A stretch of DNA of 64,000 nucleotides from Lama glama (Eukaryota): the NCBI GenBank assembly GCA_028534125.1, contig CM052817.1:87546001-87610000 (forward strand), read 5' to 3'. The notes beneath the pieces are model-generated. The model had not been told where the DNA came from and ran no database searches. It worked only from the letters and a program-made list of their open reading frames with translations. Of the stretch, positions 12,165 through 25,438 are shown piece after piece. Positions within the stretch are counted from its first letter, which is position 1, and every line of letters begins with the position of its first letter. Position numbers and translations under genes: made by a program.

Positions 12165-15100
12165 TACCACTCAGCAAATATGAAAGCTTAGGGTTTTAAT
12201 GTCTGTAGTTTTATACATTGCACCTGCATATTTTACTCATGAAAACTGTAATGTTCAAAAAGAAATATGCAAAACAGATCTTCTGATGACAATTGATTTC
12301 ATTTGAAAAGATCACATGCCAGAATTCCTAAGGTAACCTCTCAGGCAAAGGCAGAAACAGGACAGGATTTTGATTCTGTGTCATATCAGAAGTCAACACT
12401 TGTTTTAAAAATGTATTACATTATCTTTTTCTTCCTGGTATTCAAAATCACTGTGAAAGTCCCCTGAAAGTATTTATAAAAATATTTGATCATCAGAATG
12501 CAGTCCACATAGCAACTTAGTAAAAGAAAGTGATAGAGTATTGATTTCAATGGAACAATTACATTAGGCATAATAGTAACCACCTTATCATCAACCCTAT
12601 ACTTCCCTATTTTCTAGCACATAAAATATAATCTTTACTTGAATTTTCCATAGGTAGACACATTTATTAAATAGTCCCTGTGTATTTATCATCATCTATC
12701 CAATTGGTTATACAAATTAAACTTTAAAAGACAAAAATTTACTTTTAATATGTATCTACTAATTTCATAAATCATCATATTTATAATTAAATTGTCATCC
12801 AACTGAGGCAGGGACACAGAAAAAAATGAAACAGCTTAATGAGCTTTCTCTACACCATTGCCCACTAGCTTAAAAAGTAGTTCAGCCTTGTTGACATGAA
12901 AGAAATACTACTTTAGACCCACTATAAACTATAGATTTACAGTTATAATTATTTTTCTCATTGACTTTTCTATTGTACTAATGACCCTGCTGTGATTCAG
13001 GATCTGCTTTTAGAGGCACTTTCATCAGACAGTTTTCGTAGTATATTTGCATATCTTAATTCAATTACATTAAAACCATTTTTAATCTAAACTGCATCTT
13101 TTAATTTTTTTCCCCTTCTAATCTGTATCATTCTGCCCTTGTTTGTGTAAAAATTCACTGACTTTTTCATTTTTCCTTTGTTTATGACTGAGAACCAACT
13201 TTGATCCACCTAATTAAAACTTCTGTGAAGGACAAAATAGAAAATGACTACCAGAAGGCAGTCTGAAGTTATTTGAAATAATCTGAACATCAACGGTCTA
13301 ACTTTCTACAGCACTCTCAAGTGTTTGCACACACAAGTAAACAAATTGCATGATCTTTTCCAAGTATAATTAGTGTTCAGTTATACTATACTCTGGTGCC
13401 TTGATGAGCCTATCTGACATACAGCTATTCTAAGATGTTAGCAAAAATATGTCAGACGATAGGCTGTCTGTAGGCAAATATTATCAGGATGGGTAAATAT
13501 TGTTATGATGGAGCAAAGGACTTTAAAAGAAAGTAAACAAGATAAAAGAGATTGTAGGCTTTACTCTTATTTAGAAGAGAAAAAGAAAAAGCAATAAAAA
13601 AGGAGAAATGTTAGCTAACATAAACAACAAATAAAGGAAAATAGCTAAGTCTCAGAAGGATGCTGATATGAATGAAAATAGAGACATTTAGAAAATGTAA
13701 ATCTCAAGCTATTGCCTAATTTTCTTGTCTGTATATAGCTTGTTTCCATCTGTGAAACAAATTCTGCAGTATTGCTGAGTGAGGGAACCAAATGTAAATG
13801 AGGCTACTGAAGCACATACAGAGTCCTAAGAGGTGAGAAAATGTTATGCTAATAATCATGGGGCAAAAAGTACATAAGGGTGAAGATACAGTTATCCATT
13901 TGGTGTCTGGGATTTGTTAGAAATCATAGTAATATTTAAGAAAACCAGATTCCTAATACTTTAAAATGTCTGTTTATTATAAAGTGAATAACTTGTTTTT
14001 CTAGGATAGCATTTCACAGACAGTACAATTCTTTAGACCTATATAATAAGTATTCATTATATCTATTATATCAAACAGGTATATCCCTGCTATTAGACAT
14101 TTGGAATCATTTAATTTGGGGAATTCTAAATGCAAGAGTGAAGAAATTGTTGTAAAGGCGTTTCTAAAATAACAACTAGTTCACTTTGTGCTGAATACGG
14201 CAGTGATTATGGGATCTTTTTACATCCAATCATGGGTAGTCAATACATCTTCCTAAGACATAATATAGTTGTGGACTTATTTTGTATTGGGAAATGTTTT
14301 TCTATTTGGATAACAGAAGTAGTGAAATGTAATATGTACATATTTTATTCAGTCATGTCAGTCAAAATTCTGATAGCTTTAATTTGGGGTTTATCTTGGC
14401 TTTGTGTATCACTTCTTAACTTAATAAAAATTCTATCAGGGACTTAAAAAATTGTACAATTGACCACCATTGTGAATAACATGGGGATTTAAAAATTACC
14501 CTCTTCTTACGTAGTCAATGGTCAGAAGTCATATTTTGTGTGTGTGTGTGTGTGTGTATGAGATTTTGGTATTTTTCCTAAAGGTAGATACAAGAATTAA
14601 AAAATTTGAGTGCAAATTATTATTTTGGAGTACAAATGTTACTGGTGGAGATGTGAGGAAACCATAAGGAAGAAAAGGCTGTCATAAGGGGTACATTTCT
14701 GTCAGCTATCGTGGAGGGCTAATGGCATTTAATCCCCTGGGAAACTCTAGAAAGTGGTATAAAATCACACTTCAAAATTTTCTCACTTGAGAGACTGGGA
14801 TTTGTATATTTATCCATCAACACTCCCAGAATGGTGTAAATCCCCTAATCATTCTCAGCACTAACAGTGCACAGAGAACAGCCTCTGTGCTTCCAGAAAA
14901 AGCCCTAAGGTACCAGCATGCAGAGACTGACACATGGAGACTCCCTATAATATACAGAACTACTTGCAGAATTCGGAAGGGCATGGCAATACATGTTTTC
15001 ATTTTATATTAATCAGGTCTTCCTCAGGCCCTGCATTAAATGCACAGTTCTAATGTCACTGCTTCTTAAAGGTTGGTCACAATTATTTTTTAAAGAAGAA

Positions 15101-15369
15101 AAAACAACAAATTACAGGATGATGGTTAGTAAGGGGCTCCGCTGCTGTAACTGGTCCTGAGGCGACTACAGCTGATATTCTTTATATTCCTCTTCTACTT
15201 CTCATACCAGATTTTCCTCAAGTTGAATCAGCACTTCAGCTAACCAAGAATGCTCGCTCAGTGTGATAAATCATACTTTCACGCCTCAGAGTTCTGATCC
15301 TTCGGTTACCATTTCTTTGTCAGATTGCGTTTCCAACAATCACTGTTTAAGGTTTTGACTCAATGGAAG

Positions 15370-15977
15370 TGTTAGAGCAGACAGATAGCTAGATATGAGC
15401 AGAGAAAGGAGGGGCACAGGCCAAATGCAGGAAACCATACATCATGTAAGCACCAGGGGTCCCTGGACAGAGAAAGAAAAGCAGGAATCTTTGGGCTGAT
15501 TAAGGGGCCACACCTTTTGGCCTGGAGATCAACAAAGCAAGGTAAGAAAAGGCAGGAATTTCCAGTGTCTGAATGTAGCCTTTTCTCATTATGCCCTCAT
15601 TTCAGTAAAGTTAGCCTTGCAGATTAGAAGTACCCATCATGCACCAATGCCATGACACTTCTGATCCAGACTAAATAAGGACAAAATCCCTCCTCCCCTT
15701 GGGAAAGTGGAGTTGGGATGAAAATCAGAGAATAGGACCCAAACCCTTCCCTCCCCAGTGAATATTCTGCCCATTCATTTTTACACCCTATGTAACTAAC
15801 TTGCCAAAGAAACACAGGGCAGCTGCTCACCTGAGCCTGCCCGCTCTCTCCTTGAGAGTGGACTATCCATCCTTTAATGAATTCTCACTTTACTTTTTTT
15901 AACCACTACGTCTTGTCTCTGTATTCTTCCTAGGACGGGACAAGAACCTGGAACACCAGTTACATCCACTAGCAACA
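15370..15977 (+). mobile_element. ERV1-class solo LTR, 608 bp
   Basis: TGTTAG...GCAACA inverted termini; perfect TSD GAAG (15366-15369, 15978-15981); GGGACAAGAACCTGG U5-like end. Confidence 0.88.
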
Positions 15978-16523
15978 GAAGCACTAAGAGGTCCCCTAAG
16001 GAATCTCCTCAGCTCCAGACATACTTCGCCCTGTCCTCAGTATACAGCAGCCACCTTACTGCCTCATGAGAACTGTGGTCTGTTATCCCTGCCAGTATAG
16101 TAACTACTTTCTATTCTTTGTTTTACTGGCATGAGGGACTCAAAATAACTTAGCTGAGTCAATATTTTTAAGTCAGTGGAATCCTTTAATGTTTTTGGGT
16201 AAACATGTCCCTCCCCTAAGAACCAGGACCACTAGTGCAGAAGGTCAAAAGTTGCTCAATGAGGCAAGAATTAATCAATTGCATCACTGGAAGCAATGGT
16301 GACAGGGCACTCAGACAAAGCTATTCTATCTATTGGGAATATTAAGAGTTCAAAGGATTCCATGGACATGGTGCTCATTGTTGTACCACCTTCATCATAT
16401 TGTGGATTGCTTTTTTAAGGCACTGTTCATAATCCTATTACAACAAATCAATGAGTTAGCCCATGAGTAGAATTGCTGGCCAAGGCACTGCAGATGGAGA
16501 TGGAAAACACATAGCCACACCCA

Positions 16524-17027
16524 TGTCAAAGCAAAAATTGCACCAAATTTAAACAGACCAAAAAGACCTTATTCAAGACTACTGCAATGGGGAAGGGGAC
16601 TAAATTCAACTCCACTGGAGGACTTTGGGGGTGGGGTTGGTCCATGCTATGTGTCCAGCACATTGACTTTTTCCTGAATTTGCAAATGTTTTCCTCTGTA
16701 ATCAGGCTATTTGTGTTTGCTAATTGCTGCCTGTCGAAGTTAGGCTCTTACCCTCCCTCAGAGACTAGGAAAGAAGGGTGTTATCCCTTTGATGTGAACA
16801 TTTCAAAGAGATGGTTCCCAGGTCCTTGAGAAAGACATTTCCTGAGCTATAAAACTGGCAAGAGGTTGGCAGAAGGTTTACATACATTTCAAAGGAACAG
16901 AACAAGAATTTACAGTTGAAAGTTTTCTGAAGTAAATGCTCTAAGAAAAGGCAGGTCAGAGGTCTATAGTTAGAAACCTATCCAAAGTTTAGTCAAGCTG
17001 AGGGGAACTTCAAAGTTGTCTTGGTCC
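16524..17027 (-). mobile_element. ERV1-class solo LTR (MER67-like)
   Basis: TSD CCCA (16520-16523, 17028-17031); minus strand begins GACCAAGAC..AAGTTCCCCTCAGCTTGACTAAACTTT and ends TTTGACA. Confidence 0.8.
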
Positions 17028-18079
17028 CCCAGAGTATGTATCAATCCAGTATGGGGATAAATTATTTACCCTTAAAGGATGGAAAGGATCCAATGTAATC
17101 AATTTATCACATGGTGTCTAGCTGAGCTGCTCAAAGGATGATGCCTTACCAAGGGCTTAACTTTAGTCTCTGTTGCTAACTGGTTGAGCATTCAGCAGTC
17201 GCAATCTTTTCCGACCCAGAGGGATTCATATTGTTGGGCCCAGGCATATTTACCAAGCCTGCTACTGGGGCTATTCCTCTCATTACAACAAAGCGGTAAG
17301 CACACTAGGGTGGCTAAGAACAGAACATTTGTGTTTTCTGTTTTGCTGTTGTTACTTGGTTTTTGGTTTCATTATTTGGTACTTTAGCAATGCTACAATT
17401 AATAAACATGTGATAGATCTTTGCTCATTTATGCAGGCTTATTTATGCATTTACATAGAACTAAGTTTTACTTGAGTTGGTACTGATAATTTTATAGATA
17501 ATTTTGATCAATTAATTTTATTACTATAAAATTAAGTGTATCCTGGACAAAATATGGTAACATAAAGATACTCAACACCTGATTGCTAACTTTATTCAGG
17601 AAACCCCACTCATTTAATATCCAAAGTTCTGAATTACATCATCAAACATATTCTCCCAGCTTACACATGAACTTTAACACCAGCCAAACAGAATAACATA
17701 AATACCACATACAATTTTTAAGAAAGCACATAAGATAAACTTCACAAGAAGGTGTACACTATTTCTGAAAGTTTTATTTAATTTATCAAAAACATGCTCC
17801 ATGTTTAGATGTTTGGCATCAACTTAATAATGTTGAGATCACTTCTTTAGCTACTGAATATGATGGAAGAGTAAGTTTCTAGACATTACCAAGTTGAGAG
17901 TACATTTCTAAACATAACCAAGCTGATGTCAAATATTACAACTTACAAATTTCCTCATATAACCCTTGTTATAATATAGATGAAAAGTCAGTGCCAACAA
18001 CTGAATTGGCAAGATTAGGGATCAAGACCAAACTACACAAACAACACTTACAAATCTGTAATTTTCTGATGACTTATGG

Positions 18080-18647
18080 AACAGGAGAAAATATTTGCAA
18101 ATGATGTGACCAACAAAGGGTTAATATCCAAAATATACAAACAGCTAATTCAACTCAATATTGAAAAAACACCCAATCAAAAATGGCAGAAGACCTAAAT
18201 AGATATTTTTCCAAAGAAGACATACAGATGGTCAATAGGCACATGAAAAGATGCTCAACATCACTAATTATTAGAGAAATGCAAAGCAAAACCACAATGA
18301 GGTCAGAATGGCCATCATTAAAAACCTTCAAATAATAAATGCTAGAGAGGATGTGAAGAAAAGGTCACCCTCCTACTGTTGAAAGGGATGTAAACTGGGG
18401 CAGCCACTGTGGAAAACAGAATGAGACGTCTTTAAAAAACTAAAACTAAAGCTACCATGTGATCAAGAATTCTCACTCCTGATTATATACTCAGAAAAAA
18501 TGGAAACTCTAATTTGAAAAGACACATGTACCCCAATGTTCACAGCAGCACTACTTATAATAGCCAAGTCATGGAAATAACTCACGTGCTCATCAATAGA
18601 TAATTGGCTTAAGAAGATGTGATGTGCATATACACACACACACACTG

Positions 18648-18684
<37 letters not shown>

Positions 18685-19098
18685 GAATATTACACAGTCA
18701 TAAAAAGAATGAAAAACTGTCATTTGCAGCAACATAGATGGGCCTAGAGAATATAATGCTTAATGAAATAAGTCAGAGAAAGACAAATACTATATGATGT
18801 CACTTATACGTGGAATCTAAAAGTAATACAAATGAATCTATATACAAAACAGAAACAAACTCACAGACACAGAAAACATACTTATGGTTACCAAAGGCGA
18901 GAGAGAGGGAGGGACAAATTAGGAGTATGCAATTAACAGATACAAACTACTATTCACAAGCTAGATAAACAATAAGTTACTGTACAGCACAGGGAACTAT
19001 ATTCAATATTTTATAATAACCCATAGTGGAATATAATCTGAAAAAGTAACTGTATCACTTTGCTGTACACCTGATACTAATACAATATTGCTAATCAA
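18080..19098 (+). mobile_element. 5'-truncated L1 (artiodactyl-type 3' end) with internal (CA)n at ~18630-18681
   Basis: ORF2 C-terminal sequence followed by CTGTACAGCACAGGGAACTATATTCAATAT..GCTGTACACCTGA..AATTAAAAAA tail. Confidence 0.9.
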
Positions 19099-21581
19099 CT
19101 ATATTTTAATTAAAAAAGATCCTTCTGTGGTAGAGCACACAGTAACTTAACTATGTTGTAAACATGTATACAACTGAGTTACTGAAGTATGCTTTGAATT
19201 TTTTATAGTTTCTGATGGAGAAGTATGAGCCTTGGCACCCATTCAGCTAAATGAGACAAATCTCTAATTGGCTAGTGATCATAGCTTACTAAGAAGCACT
19301 TCTGACAAAAGAAAACAGGTTTTCCTCTCTAAGTACCTGAAAATCTTATAGGATAGTGATTAGGAAAATGACTCTTTTCGACGGATAATTATAGTGCTGA
19401 AGAAACAAAGCATTTGAATTTAAAGTGATCATTGTACTAGAGTAAAGGATAATTAGATTAATTTATCTATTATCTGTAAATTCCAAATGTTAATAGCTAT
19501 TCAAGGCCTAAAATACAGTGGACTTGCTCTAAATCAGACAAGATGCCTAACAAGTAGATATAACATCAATGTTAAAAAATGCTTATAAGGATCCCATTGG
19601 AGCAGTGTTTTCCAGTGTCTTGAGATAATTAGTCACAACCTTCAGAGTACCACTCACCTCAGAATCATTTTTTTAAAAAATCTACATTTTTATACTGGCC
19701 CCTGGATTTTCTAAACTCTTATTCAGAATCTCCCTCACTCAAAAGAATATCACTACCTCAACCCCTTAAACTCATTTAAGTATCAAGTACTGAAAAGGAA
19801 CATTAATTTAGGAGAATAAATGAAAACGTGAATGAATCAATGAATTAATATTAAAAGGTAGTTGTTAGTATAAAATTGCCTTTATGTAACTTGTATTTCA
19901 GCAGTTGTGGGTCTCATTTGCTTTGCTCCTAACTTACTGAAGATTTTCAGGAAAGAAATTTCTAGATGAAATTAGTGGTGTACAAGGTACAACACTAAGG
20001 AAGTTAATATAAATGTGCTATCACATAAATATATATCTAAATGTGTGTGTGTGTGTGTATATAGAATATTTTGTTCGTATGGTATCTCCCAGCAAGGCTA
20101 TGAAAAGTAATTATGCCTGAGAATTAAAGGTATAATTATCCAGTGCATGTTTATGGTAAAGGATGTTGTGACACTTACACCCTTAATATCCTCACAATCT
20201 TGAACTGTGTGATATTCAGTATCTATCCTAGGATGATAAATATATCATTTATAGAACTTTACTTAAAGAATATATTCTCCATCCATTTATCCATGTATTC
20301 TAAAATTTATACTTGGGCCAAGCATGATGACTTCATTTTTTAAGTTCATCCCAGAATTTCTCTCACTGGATTTTATATAACAATATTTTCTATCTTTGGG
20401 TAACAAAAGAATATATAAGACTTATTAGTGTATTAACTGATACTTAGGAAAGCTGCTCTTTAACATGAAGATTATAGGAGATCCTTTTTTTAGAATGCAA
20501 TACTGATGAATGCCTTTTAATATCTTTTATAATAAGAATTGTGTAAATGACATCATCTTTCCTATTTTGACTGCCATTGACCTCAGACATAAATTAGATG
20601 TTCAACTGTAGCAAATATTTAGGGCCTTATTATAAAATGTTTATATTACCTTTCCCTAATGTTGATCTATTTTTGTAAAATAAAATTCCTGAGTCTTAAG
20701 TGTTTATAACATGAGTCAGAAAGTAAATAATGAACTGCATAGAAGAATAAATAAATCAACGAGAGTATTTTTCTCCTAAAGTCTCTCATCTTCATGCCTA
20801 TATGTCTGTGCCTCTCTTTCCTCAAGGAATCTCTTTTTCCTTCATCTCTGCCATCTAACTCCTATCCAATTTGCATTTTATAGATCACATTCCAATGTCC
20901 ACATAAAGTTTGTATAATGATTGTCTCTGGTGGATGAAAGTGGTCTTTTGAAATCTGATCATACATTTTCATTGCTTTCTTCTTAGGATTATATTTGTCA
21001 CCTAAGATTTAACCTTAAGCTTCCTGAAGTCTGTGTCATGTCTGAATCATCTGCAATGTTTTATTCAAGTGCCAGCAGAGTAACCTGATGTTCCAAGGAA
21101 AGAAGATGTCTATGGTTAAATAAGCCTGGAAAATACTGTCCACTAAACCCATACACCATACTGTTTAAGACTTTGTACTGTGGACATTTTTTTCCTAAGA
21201 AAATGAACTGATGAAATTCCCACTGAGATGATAGCACATAATAGCCCTTAGATAGGGAATTGGGTGATAAATGATAAAAATGCCCTGACATATTTCTACA
21301 AAACTAAGGAGGATGGGGTCAGACTGAATGACCAGAACAGAGAAAGTTTAAGACCTGAAGAGAGCTGTGATAGACTCATAAGCTGTCTTTCCTTATAAAT
21401 TCCTGGAAAAGCTCTAAACCAAGAGCCAAAAAACAGTATCAGAGCTGGATTCTGGGAAAGTAACAGCGGTAATTAAGTTAAAGATCCTGGTGGCACAATA
21501 GGTTTGGGTTTTTTCCCCAATACCTACATTCTTCATTCTTGTGCATGTAGATAGAATGGCATCTTTGGACAAAAGTGGCAT

Positions 21582-21951
21582 GGAAAGAAAGAGAGTGAGA
21601 GTGAGAGAGAGAGGGAGAGGGAGAGCAAGAGAAAGAAAAGAAAAGAAAAGAAAAGAAAAGAAAAGAAAAGAAAAGAAAAGAAAAGAAAAAAAGAAAAGAA
21701 AAAAAAGAAAGAAAGAAAGAAAGGAAGGAAAGAAAGAAGAGAAAGAAGGAAGGAAAGGAAGGAAGGAAAGGAAGGAAGGAAGGAAAGAAAGAAGGAAGGA
21801 AGGAAAGGAAAGGGAAGGAAGGAAGGAAGGAAAAGAAAAGAAAAGAAAAGAAAAGAAAAGAAAAGAAAAGAGATGGAAAGAAGGAAGAAGAAAAAAATTA
21901 AAAGAAAGAAAAGGAAGAAAAGAAGATGAAAGAAAGAAAAAAGGGAGAAAG
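21582..21951 (+). repeat. Compound polypurine microsatellite (GA, GAAAA, GAAA, GGAA)
   Basis: About 370 bp almost entirely A/G on the + strand. Confidence 0.97.
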
Positions 21952-22299
21952 AATTTGAACATTATATTTAAGAAGATTAAAGAACATTTAATAAGACAGT
22001 TGAAGTCCCAAAGTAAAGCCCACTTTTTGAGATTGGACTGGATATGTTGAGTAATGTAGGCAGAATTTGATGTGCTGTCTCCCTAGGCCATCGTCCACCC
22101 ACAAACTTTTAATTAAAACCTGCAGCCGTGAAAAGCAAAACCAAAAAACCCTACAGTCAGCATGTCTGCTTTACTATTCAGGGCTTATCTTCCATCCTGC
22201 CATTTAAGGGTAAACCTTCTAGGGAAACATACCTGCATAATGGCAAAGAAAATCAATCTCAGTTATCTATAAATAAGAACTGCCACCCAGAAATTAACA

Positions 22300-23100
22300 G
22301 ATATTTTAAAAAATCAATAGTATCAAAAATGAAAGTTCAAGAAGAATGATTTAGGAAATTGTTAGAAGAAGAAGTAGATAATTTAGTCATAGAAGATATT
22401 TAAAGAAGAGAATTTTCAAAACTAAATCAATAGTCTATGAGATATCAAGAACTTATTTTTTAACATAACTTTTATTCAAATACAGGCTAACTTTTTTAAA
22501 GAAGCAAATAAGGAGAAATACTTAAATGTATTAGAATAATTTTATAGGAAAAAGGAGGTACTAAAAGAAAAGGTCAAGAAAATTCCCAATGTATAAAAAT
22601 ATGTAAATAGAAAACAATTGAGACATGGCCAATAAACACAGGGGTTCAAATTTTCTTGTAAAAGGAGTTTGAGATTACCAGAGAGATAATAGAAGGGGAA
22701 ATAAAAGCCTCAGAGAAGGATTTCAAATACCGGAGAAAATCAGCAGTCTTCGAATTGAAAGGCACAAGTGAGTATTCAGCAGAAGAGTGAAAGGTGTAAC
22801 CTATGTAGACATACATAAATAGGCTTTGAGAAAACCAAGTATCAAAAAAAAAGTTCACTGAAGTAATAAGCAAGAAAGAATGAGAACTGAATTAGTAGAG
22901 TGACCTCAGGAACTCTGAACACTATAAGACACAGAGATAATGATATGACATTACTGAGGAATGTATTTTGAATACAAACATTTTAAATATCCAAATATTA
23001 ACAATATGAGGAAGAGAAATGCTTTAGACATGAAAAAGTTTCAGAGTATTTATTTCCTCTGCATTCTTTCCAAGGAAAATAACTGAGAAAGTAATTCTTT
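22300..23100 (+). mobile_element. Highly decayed L1 ORF1/HAL1-like relic
   Basis: A-rich strand bias and CAGTCTTCGAATTGAAAGGCACA..GAGTATTCAGC resembling L1 ORF1 (LQIERAH-like). Confidence 0.4.
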
Positions 23101-24164
23101 TTTTTTTTTTCATCGAAGAAAAAAGAAAGATACAGACTCTGTGAAAAAGAAAACATTACTGAAATGTGCAATTTAAATATGAGTCAAATTGAAGAAGGAC
23201 TTATTTTGAGTGAGTGATACAATAAAAGAAAATGAAATCCTTTGTTCATATACTTGGAATACTACCGAGTAAGTGGTACAGATTTGGTTTCTTAAAATTG
23301 CATTTTCTTCTGTAAGTCCTTTGCAATACTTCGTTCTGCAACTGCCAATAATAAGTTATAACATTAAAATCTGAGTTTTTGAATTTTATTCTTTAGAATC
23401 TTACTACAGAATAGTGACAGTATAACTACATTCAGGCTAAAGTAGAATATAATCTTATAAATACTGACAACTAAAAAAAAATAGTGATATGCCTGTTAGA
23501 GTTTGGATATTTATGGAGAAAAAGGTTAAATGGAAAGAAACTTAATAATTCTATACCCTGTATAATGTGGAGTTAAGAGGAAAGTTCTACAATTTAAAAT
23601 TATAAAGCTAACCAAAAAAGAACCATACCTTTCTGAAATATTTGTAGGAGATTGTATAAATGTGCTAAGCACTCACTGCCTAATTAGGGAAATCAAGAAA
23701 TGGAGGAATAAGTCTATATACCTGCAAAGATTCTTACAGATTCCATTCCAGCTCATTAAAGCAGAGATTTCTTATAGGTTTTTAAACTCAGAGCATTTTC
23801 AGGAGTGCTGGGTCAATCACAGGTATTAAACAGCTTGGCGCAAAGCAGCCTGATCATGGAATTTAGGAAACAATTTGCTAATGTCTGAGTCACTTGTCCC
23901 TCTACATGTATGACTCTCAAGACTAGTTGCCCCATAGAAGTGCCACACTGCTGCCCTAGAAGAACATAAACCCCTGTATGCTTGTTAAAACACGTGTATA
24001 ACTGCCACCTGGTGTTACTCATTTCTGCATCCAGCTTAATAAAGGAAGCATCAATTAGCAAAAATGTCAGTCATATGCTTGCATTCTGGAGACAAGTGAG
24101 TCTCAGAAATGTAGAATTCTATCCATTTAGATATGGAATAGTTAGCGTTATTTTTTTGGCTTAA

Positions 24165-24320
24165 AACATAGCTATTTATTCTCATCCTTAGAGGCCAGAA
24201 TTCCAAAATCAAGATATCAGCAAGACTGTGCTCCCTCCAGAGGCTCTAAAGGAGGATCCTTCCTTTTCTGGTGGCTCCAGGCACTCTTAAAAGCACATCA
24301 TTCAAACCTCTGCCTGTCTT
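24165..24320 (-). mobile_element. MLT1 (MaLR) LTR fragment
   Basis: GAGGCCAGAATTCCAAAATCAAG..GCTCCCTCCAGAGGCTCTAAAGGAGGATCCTTCCTT. Confidence 0.75.
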
Positions 24321-24693
24321 TTTTCTTTTTCAATATTTTAAACCTTTTAAAAAGCATGTCTATAATTTATTACACAAGTGTGCAACACATAGAACTGTTC
24401 CCTAATTTCTTTTTTCTGCAGCATTATTGAGATATTATTGACATAAAATGCTTACGTTTCAGGTGTACAATGTGATGTTCTAATTCCCTTATGTAGTGTA
24501 AAATGATCACTACAATAAACTGTTAACATCTATTTCATTTTCTGATGTAATTACCATTTTTGGTGCAGTTCTAACAGGTGTGATTATAAAGTAATTTCCC
24601 AAATATTTACAGTTTCAGTTAGGTAATTAAATATTTTAAATATATTTTCCTCAGTAGAATTTTATGTTCATTACATTTTATTATACATATGTA

Positions 24694-25050
24694 TGAAACA
24701 AAATAAAGGAAACCTCATTCAAAATAGAGTCTGGAAATCAGAAGGGGAAGCCCTCAAGCAATGCCATTCCACATCAGTTACAGTCCCCAACAGGAGGACG
24801 TTAATTACAGACCCCAATAGGAAGAATTCTCCTGGCACCATCAAGCCCAGCCAATGGGAAATGCTACATCACCCTGAGCTGTCACTTTCATCCTGTGAAC
24901 TTTGGTTCAAAACAACCCCTCCCAATTTCCTCTTTTTTCCTTATAAAGTAACATTCCTCTCTTTTGCTTGTTAGACTTGTCTACAGCTTTTACTACAGCT
25001 TGCTTGTCCTGAGTTGCAATTCCTCTGCTATTTCCGAGAAAAAAAAAATC
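24694..25050 (+). mobile_element. ERV1-class LTR relic
   Basis: TGAAAC..AAAATAGAGTC start, CCAAT boxes, TATAAA (~24942), TTGCAATTCCTCTGCTATT 3' motif. Confidence 0.6.
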
Positions 25051-25438
25051 CATTAATGATAACTGTACTACAATTTCCTAAATACTTATCTGGACAAAGC
25101 ATTTTTTCCTTTACCTTCTCTTGTTTAATTCTCACAGCAACTCTCACATCTAGGCACAAGTGGTATCACATTATAAAGAAAAAACAGAAACTCTTAAAAC
25201 TTAACAGTTTTCATATAGTAAACCTAGATAGAAAATGACAGAACTGTAACTGGAATCTAGATTCTAATATCCATGATTGAAAATACAATTCTCCTAAATT
25301 CAAACACAAAATCATGAGATTGCTAAGAATTCACTATGTATAAGAGGCTTTTTTGAATTAAGAAACCATATTGCTTTCATCAAAAAGATCTAATTTGGGG
25401 GGAAATTCTTAGCATGAACACACATAAAGAAAACAATA

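Larger units (their letters stand above)
14640..17310 (-). mobile_element. Ancient ERVL-class provirus relic (LTR ~14640-14990 plus internal pieces) interrupted by two younger LTRs
   Basis: TTTAATCCCCTGGGAAACTCT..TATTTATCCATCAACACTCCC LTR-like segment; GGATGGAAAGGATCCAATGTAATCAATTT resembles antisense ERVL internal sequence. Family recalled from memory. Confidence 0.5.

Noticed and set aside
21414..22050. 169-aa K/R/E-rich and 182-aa F/S/L-rich ORFs
   Set aside because: They are translations of the polypurine microsatellite, which lacks stop codons by composition.
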